From positions 1-12,325 of the forward strand of contig JAZDMQ010000150.1 in the NCBI GenBank assembly GCA_043800755.1: a stretch of 12,325 nucleotides of DNA. The letters run 5' to 3'. This DNA comes from a bacterium (GTDB taxonomy: Bacteria > Methylomirabilota > Methylomirabilia > CAVQYV01). This document shows positions 7,970-12,325 of this stretch, one piece after another (position 1 is the stretch's first letter; each line of letters starts with the position of its first letter). Under the pieces are notes generated by a model. That model had not been told where the DNA came from. It was given only the letters and a program-made list of their open reading frames with translations, and ran no database searches. Made by a program: the position numbers and the translations under genes.

Positions 7970-9226
7970 ATGAGGTGCAAGCGACACCTTCGACAAGTAA
8001 TCATAGGCAATAGCGCGGCGGGATTGGCAGCGGCCACGGCCATTCGCCGTCAAGATCCTTCCAGCCTCCTCACCATCATCTCCGAAGAGGACTGCCCGGC
8101 CTATTCCCGAGTGCTGACCACCTATTACCTGAAAGGGAAGATCGAGAGGGGGCAGCTTCAATATCGTGACCTGTCCTTCTATGGACAGCGGAATATCCAG
8201 CCTTTCCTGGGGCATCGGGCTCTGGCCATAGATGTTTCCCGGCAGAGGGTGCTTCTCGACCGGGGTGGGCCCATTCCCTACGATAACCTGCTGATTGCCA
8301 CGGGGGCTTCTCCCACCTTTCCTCCTATCCCCGGCATCGATCATCAAGGGGTGTTCGGATTGCGGACCATTGCAGATGCTCAAGCTATCGACTCCTTTTG
8401 CGGGAAGGTCCGGGAGGTGGTGATCCTGGGAGCGGGCCTGGTCAGCCTTCAAGTGGCCGACGCCTTGCTCCCTCGCAACTTGAAAATCACCGTGGTGGTG
8501 AAGTCGCCCCAGGTTCTCTCCCAGGTCCTGGATCCAGAGGGGGCCGCTCTGATTGAGAAGGCAATGGAGCAGAAGGGCGTCCGGGTCCTGAAGGGCCTGG
8601 ATGTCCAGGAGCTCTGCTGTGATTCGAAGGGCTCGGTGTGTGAAGTCCTCCTGGACGATGGGCAGACCCTGACCGCCCAGATGGTGGTAGTGGGGAAAGG
8701 GGTGCGGCCAAACATCCATTTGCTGGAGGAAACCGGCATAGAGATCAGGAACGGCATCTTGGTGGATGAGCGCATGCGAACCAACATCCATCACATCTAT
8801 GCCGCCGGGGATGTGGCGGAGGGGTTTGACTTCCTCACTCAGGAGAGAAGGGTAAGCGCCATCTGGCCCACCGCAGCTGCTCAAGGGGAAATTGCAGGAT
8901 TCAATATGGCCGGCCTGCTGGCTTGTTTCGATGGTTTCATCAGTAGAAATGTGACCCACCTCTTTGGCCAGCCGATGGCGGCCTTGGGCCTGGCCCGGGC
9001 CCGAGGGGATGCCTTCGAGGTTTACGCCTATGCGGCCCCAGAGGCCGGCGTCTATCGCCGGCTGGTTTTACGGGAAGGGCAACTGGTGGGGGCCTCTTTG
9101 ATCAGTCGGATCGAAGACGCTGGCACCCTTTACTCCTTGATCCAAACTCGCAGGGTCTTGGGGTCCCTGAAGGAACATGCACTTCGTTTTCCCCTGAGCT
9201 GGGGGAGGGTTTTGACCGGGAGATGA
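7970..9226 (+). CDS. FAD-dependent pyridine-nucleotide oxidoreductase (NirB-N-terminal / rubredoxin-reductase-like; AorC-like)
   Basis: VIIGNSAAGLAAA (FAD Rossmann), LLIATGASP, VILGAGLVS (NAD Rossmann), TN...IYAAGDVAE. SD GAGGT at 7957-7961. Confidence 0.92.
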   Translation: MRCKRHLRQVIIGNSAAGLAAATAIRRQDPSSLLTIISEEDCPAYSRVLTTYYLKGKIERGQLQYRDLSFYGQRNIQPFLGHRALAIDVSRQRVLLDRGGPIPYDNLLIATGASPTFPPIPGIDHQGVFGLRTIADAQAIDSFCGKVREVVILGAGLVSLQVADALLPRNLKITVVVKSPQVLSQVLDPEGAALIEKAMEQKGVRVLKGLDVQELCCDSKGSVCEVLLDDGQTLTAQMVVVGKGVRPNIHLLEETGIEIRNGILVDERMRTNIHHIYAAGDVAEGFDFLTQERRVSAIWPTAAAQGEIAGFNMAGLLACFDGFISRNVTHLFGQPMAALGLARARGDAFEVYAYAAPEAGVYRRLVLREGQLVGASLISRIEDAGTLYSLIQTRRVLGSLKEHALRFPLSWGRVLTGR

Positions 9227-9231
9227 TCAAC

Positions 9232-9522
9232 ATGAAAGTTAAAGTGCAACTTTATGCCATTTTGGCTAAGTACTTGCCATCAAATGCAGAAAACAAGACG
9301 GCCATCCTGGAGCTTGCCGAGGGGACTACGGTCAAAGGGATTCTGGAGGAGTTAAAGATCCCGGAGGCGATGCCCAAGATTCTCCTGGTGAATGGCCGGA
9401 ATGCTGAGTTGGATAAGGTGGTGGTGGAGGGAGACACCATCAGCGTCTTCCCTCCCATCGCCGGCGGCGAAATGAAATGGGGTCAGGTCTTGCTTTATCA
9501 CTTTTCCCCTGCTATAAGGTAG
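9232..9522 (+). CDS. moaD: MoaD/ThiS family sulfur carrier with a 17-aa extension after the Gly-Gly motif
   Basis: MKVKVQLYA.L...ILLVNG....GDTISVFPPIAGG; GG codons at 9463-9468 are followed by EMKWGQVLLYHFSPAIR instead of a stop. Start is ATG 9232 (SD GGGAG 9218-9222) or 9223. Confidence 0.88.
   Translation: MKVKVQLYAILAKYLPSNAENKTAILELAEGTTVKGILEELKIPEAMPKILLVNGRNAELDKVVVEGDTISVFPPIAGGEMKWGQVLLYHFSPAIR
9479..9505 (+). repeat. Left terminal inverted repeat GGGGTCAGGTCTTGCTTTATCACTTTT
   Basis: Its reverse complement matches 10379-10405 at 24/27 positions. Confidence 0.92.
9490..9518 (+). promoter_or_regulatory. Putative sigma70 promoter of the transposase, partly inside the left IR
   Basis: TTGCTT (9490-9495), 17-bp spacer, TATAAG (9513-9518), with an extended -10 TG at 9510-9511. 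ATG 9526 follows after a 7-nt gap. Confidence 0.6.
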
Positions 9523-9525
9523 CTC

Positions 9526-10386
9526 ATGGCGAGACCCTTACGAATAGAATATCCGGGAGCGGTCTACCATGTAACATCCCGGGGCAATGCGGGCAATGAG
9601 ATCTTTCTGGACGACGAGGACCGAAGGAACTTTCTTGTCACCTTCCGGTCCGTGGTGAAGAGATATCACTGGATCTGTCACGCCTATTGCTTGATGGATA
9701 ATCACTACCACCTGCTGATCGAGACCCCAGAAGGGGACCTGTCGCAGGGGATAAGAGGATTAAACGGTATCTATACTCAGAGATTCAACAGAAAACATGG
9801 AAGGGTTGGGTACCTGTTTCAGGGGAGGTTCAAGGCGATTGTGGTGGAAAAGGAGGGCTATCTCCTGGAGCTCTGCCGTTATGTAGTGTTAAACCCGGTG
9901 AGGGTGAATAGAGTCAGACGGCCAGAGCTATGGGAATGGAGCAGCTATGCAGCCACGGCCGGGATTAGGAGGGTGCCAGACTTCCTCATGGTGGACTGGT
10001 TGCTCGCCCAATTTGACAAAGAAAGAAAAAAGGCTGAAAAAGGGTATCGGGAATTTATTAGAGGGGGAATCACGGAAGATAGCCCCTGGCGGAATATTAC
10101 CGGCCAGGTTTTCCTTGGAAGCCAGAGATTCGTCCAGAGATTACAGATCCTGCTTGCAGATAGCCAGGAGATTGCAGAGATCCCCAGAGTGCAGCGCTAC
10201 GCGACCAGGCCTTCGTTGAAGGATCTCTTTTCAAGAAAAGACAGCTGGAATAGAAACGAAATGGACAGACGAATTCATGAGTCCCATGTAAGCTTTGGTT
10301 ACACGCTGAAGGAGATTGCCGCACATTTGGGGATTCACTACACTTCAGCCAGCAGAGCGGTGAAGAGGATGGAGGAGAAAAAGTGA
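9526..10386 (+). CDS. Y1 (HUH) transposase, IS200/RAYT-like, with C-terminal helix-turn-helix
   Basis: MARPLR....GAVYHVTSRGN, YCLMDNHYHLL (HUH), LFQGRFKA, RYVVLNPVR (catalytic Tyr), WEWSSY, and HTH GYTLKEIAAHLGIHYTSASRAVKR. Confidence 0.93.
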   Translation: MARPLRIEYPGAVYHVTSRGNAGNEIFLDDEDRRNFLVTFRSVVKRYHWICHAYCLMDNHYHLLIETPEGDLSQGIRGLNGIYTQRFNRKHGRVGYLFQGRFKAIVVEKEGYLLELCRYVVLNPVRVNRVRRPELWEWSSYAATAGIRRVPDFLMVDWLLAQFDKERKKAEKGYREFIRGGITEDSPWRNITGQVFLGSQRFVQRLQILLADSQEIAEIPRVQRYATRPSLKDLFSRKDSWNRNEMDRRIHESHVSFGYTLKEIAAHLGIHYTSASRAVKRMEEKK

Positions 10387-10405
10387 TAATTCAAGACTTG
10401 ACCCC
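10379..10405 (-). repeat. Right terminal inverted repeat AAAAGTGATAATTCAAGACTTGACCCC
   Basis: 24/27 match to the reverse complement of the left IR; contains the transposase stop (TGA 10384-10386) and the GTG at 10383. Confidence 0.92.
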
Positions 10406-11213
10406 GCCCTCCACTCTGAGGTGGCTGGCGGGTGGGCTCTTGATTCTTAGTCTATTATTCTTGTTCGAGGAGAGGGCTTTGGCCGAAGCAGGTAGGGGGG
10501 GCCCTTCCTGGCCCGCTGAGACCACTGATAACATTTTTCAGGATTACAGGAATTTCTATTCCGGGAGGGGCATGGCGATGTTGGGCATAGGGGCCACGAT
10601 GGCCGGGGGCCTGGCCAACACCGAAGCGGACAGGGAATTCAGGGAGTGGTATCAGGATTCCTTGAGGAGCGAGGTTACAGATGATCTTGCACAGGGAACA
10701 GAATACCTCGGGCGGGGGTTGGTTGCTGTTCCCCTTCTGGTGGGAGCGGCGGTCCTGGGTGGGCTTACCAGAGAAAGCAGAGCTGGCTCGATCTTTGGGG
10801 CGTGGGGTGAGAGGTCGTTGAGGGCGCTTTTGGTGGGGGCTCCCCCGACGATCTTGCTGCAATATGCCATCGGCGGATCAAGACCCACTGAGGGCAGTCC
10901 CCGCTGGAGGCCCTTCGACGATCACGATGGGGTGAGCGGACACAGCTTCATCGGAGCCACTCCCTTTATCGTGGCTGCCCAGATGACGCCAAAGCTACGA
11001 TGGAAGATCCCCCTCTACCTGGCCTCCGCCCTGGTGGGGCTAGCAAGGATCAATGAGGATGCCCACTACCTCTCCCAGGTCAGCTTGGGTTGGTGGATGG
11101 CTTATCTGTCCGCCTCCAGCGTGGAGCAGACGGAAAGCGAAAACCGGAGAATTGTCCTCGCGCCGGCATTTCCCCGGCGGGGGATCGGTGCGCAGATTGT
11201 ATTCCGATATTGA
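10383..11213 (+). CDS. PAP2-superfamily phosphatase, likely exported or membrane-associated; 5' end abuts the element
   Basis: GGSRP (motif 1), SGHS (motif 2), ARINEDAHYLSQV (motif 3); signal-peptide-like WLAGGLLILSLLFLF...ALA. Start uncertain. Confidence 0.8.
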   Translation: MIIQDLTPPSTLRWLAGGLLILSLLFLFEERALAEAGRGGPSWPAETTDNIFQDYRNFYSGRGMAMLGIGATMAGGLANTEADREFREWYQDSLRSEVTDDLAQGTEYLGRGLVAVPLLVGAAVLGGLTRESRAGSIFGAWGERSLRALLVGAPPTILLQYAIGGSRPTEGSPRWRPFDDHDGVSGHSFIGATPFIVAAQMTPKLRWKIPLYLASALVGLARINEDAHYLSQVSLGWWMAYLSASSVEQTESENRRIVLAPAFPRRGIGAQIVFRY

Positions 11214-11287
11214 TGGGGCATCGCCATATTGAGGCTTCACCAGTCCTTTGTCATATTTTCATCCAGAGCTTTCTCCAGAGAGGCCGA

Positions 11288-12058
11288 ATGGTCACGCGTC
11301 GGAATTTTCTAAGGCTGGCGGGCGGTGCCGGGATTGCGCTCTTGCTGCCAGGATGCGCGGGCAGCCCCCGTTCAGGAAGGACCTGTTCCCGGATTTTGGC
11401 GGCCCGGGTGCGCCCTATTTGGGGTTGGCCACTTCGCTGCCGGAGGAGTATGACTACGAGGCAGGAGTAGAGGGAAGGATCCCCTCCGATCTGCGTGGGA
11501 CGCTCTACCGCAACGGGCCAGGCCTGTTTGACCGGGGAGGGCTGCGCAAGCGGAACCTGTTAGATGGAGATGGGATGGTACAGGCGTTTCGGATCCACGA
11601 CCAAGGCGTCCACTATCAGAATCGATTTGTACGAACCCCCAAATATGTGGAGGAATCTGCGGTCAATAGATTTATCTATCCCACATGGAGCACCCAGGCC
11701 CGGGAGGGCTGTGGGCAAATTTCTGGGCGACCAACCGAATGAAGAGCCAGGCGGGGATCTCTGTCTATTGGAGGAACGGCAGCCTCTACGCCTTCGAGGT
11801 TATGATTTCGGAGAGGGGTGCTATTGCAGCGAGCCGGTATTCGCCCCCCAACCGGGCTACCCCTATCTGCCGGAGGCGGAAAAGGAACCAGGTTGGCTCC
11901 TGACCGAGGTCTATGACAGTAGGACCCGCAAGAGCTTTTTGGCTATTCTGCGGGCGGCCCGCGTGGCCGATGGACCAGTCGCCAACATCCACCTGCAACA
12001 CCATGTCCCGTTTAGCTATCATGGCTGGTGGCAAGGCTTGATCCCTCGATCTGGCTAA
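11288..12058 (+). pseudogene. Disrupted carotenoid oxygenase (RPE65/CCD/LSD family) with Tat-lipoprotein signal
   Basis: Four consecutive segments separated by three frame changes: MVTRRNFL...LLPGC; VEGRIPSDLRGTLYRNGPG...DGDGMV...NRFVRT; PGGLWAN...GSLYAFE; SEPVFAP...GWLLTEVYD...VPFSYHGWW. Only 771 nt versus roughly 1.4-1.5 kb typical. Confidence 0.87.
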
Positions 12059-12084
12059 GCCCCATGGCACTTCTGCCGCCTGGC

Positions 12085-12324
12085 TCAGGCACTCTTCACC
12101 GGGTTGTGTAGGATGCCGATGCCTTCGATCTCCACTTCTACGACATCGCCCGGGCTCATCCTCTGGGTCGCCCCGGGCGTGCCTGTGTAGATCACATCCC
12201 CGGGCGTGAGGGTAACATACTGGCTGATCCAGCTCACGATGGTGGGAGGATCGAACAGGAGGTCGGCGGTGGACTCCTCCTGAACCACCTGGCCGTTCAA
12301 CCGGGTACGGATCAACAGGTTGCT
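12085..12324 (-). CDS. Fumarylacetoacetate hydrolase family protein, C-terminal part (5' end outside window)
   Basis: TRLNGQVVQE.ST..LLF...IVSWISQYVTLTPGDVIYTGTPG...GDVVEVEIEGIG.L.N; frame is open to the window edge. Confidence 0.92.
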   Translation of the reverse strand, partial: SNLLIRTRLNGQVVQEESTADLLFDPPTIVSWISQYVTLTPGDVIYTGTPGATQRMSPGDVVEVEIEGIGILHNPVKSA

Positions 12325-12325
12325 G

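Larger units (their letters stand above)
9479..10405 (+). mobile_element. Inverted-repeat-bounded Y1/HUH transposase element (927 bp)
   Basis: 27-bp inverted repeats tightly bracket a single HUH transposase gene. No target-site duplication; visibly more A-rich than the flanking operon. Confidence 0.82.

Noticed and set aside
500..8959. Long antisense ORFs (500-1489, 1876-2610, 4770-5780, 7940-8959)
   Set aside because: They mirror well-supported + strand genes, carry no recognisable motifs and are expected from high-GC codon bias.
9469..10415. Target-site duplication or a DDE-type IS call for the element
   Set aside because: The flanks differ, and the protein has HUH and Tyr motifs rather than a DDE triad.
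1..12325. CRISPR array, tRNA or rRNA
   Set aside because: No regularly spaced repeats or recognisable structural-RNA signatures; intergenic spaces are short and mostly accounted for.

Overview
GC-rich bacterial window that looks like an anaerobe (Deltaproteobacteria-like; taxonomy is inference). In order: a cold-shock gene with its own terminator; a co-oriented cluster of pdxA-family dehydrogenase, AcoX-like NAD-kinase-family protein, lipB, lipA, tetra-[4Fe-4S] ferredoxin, tungsten aldehyde:ferredoxin oxidoreductase (AOR), two tandem C-GCAxxG-C-C-family paralogs, an FAD/NAD oxidoreductase and a MoaD/ThiS sulfur carrier. Next is a 927-bp element: a Y1/HUH transposase with a C-terminal HTH between 27-bp terminal inverted repeats, with no target-site duplication. 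It carries its own apparent leaderless promoter, overlaps a read-through tail on MoaD and supplies the start codon of a downstream PAP2 gene. The window ends with a frameshifted, internally deleted Tat-lipoprotein carotenoid-oxygenase pseudogene and the 3' end of a convergent FAH-family gene. The best candidates for something undescribed are the AorABC-like operon with two embedded Cys-rich paralogs plus lipoate/AcoX/PdxA genes, and the IR-bounded HUH element.
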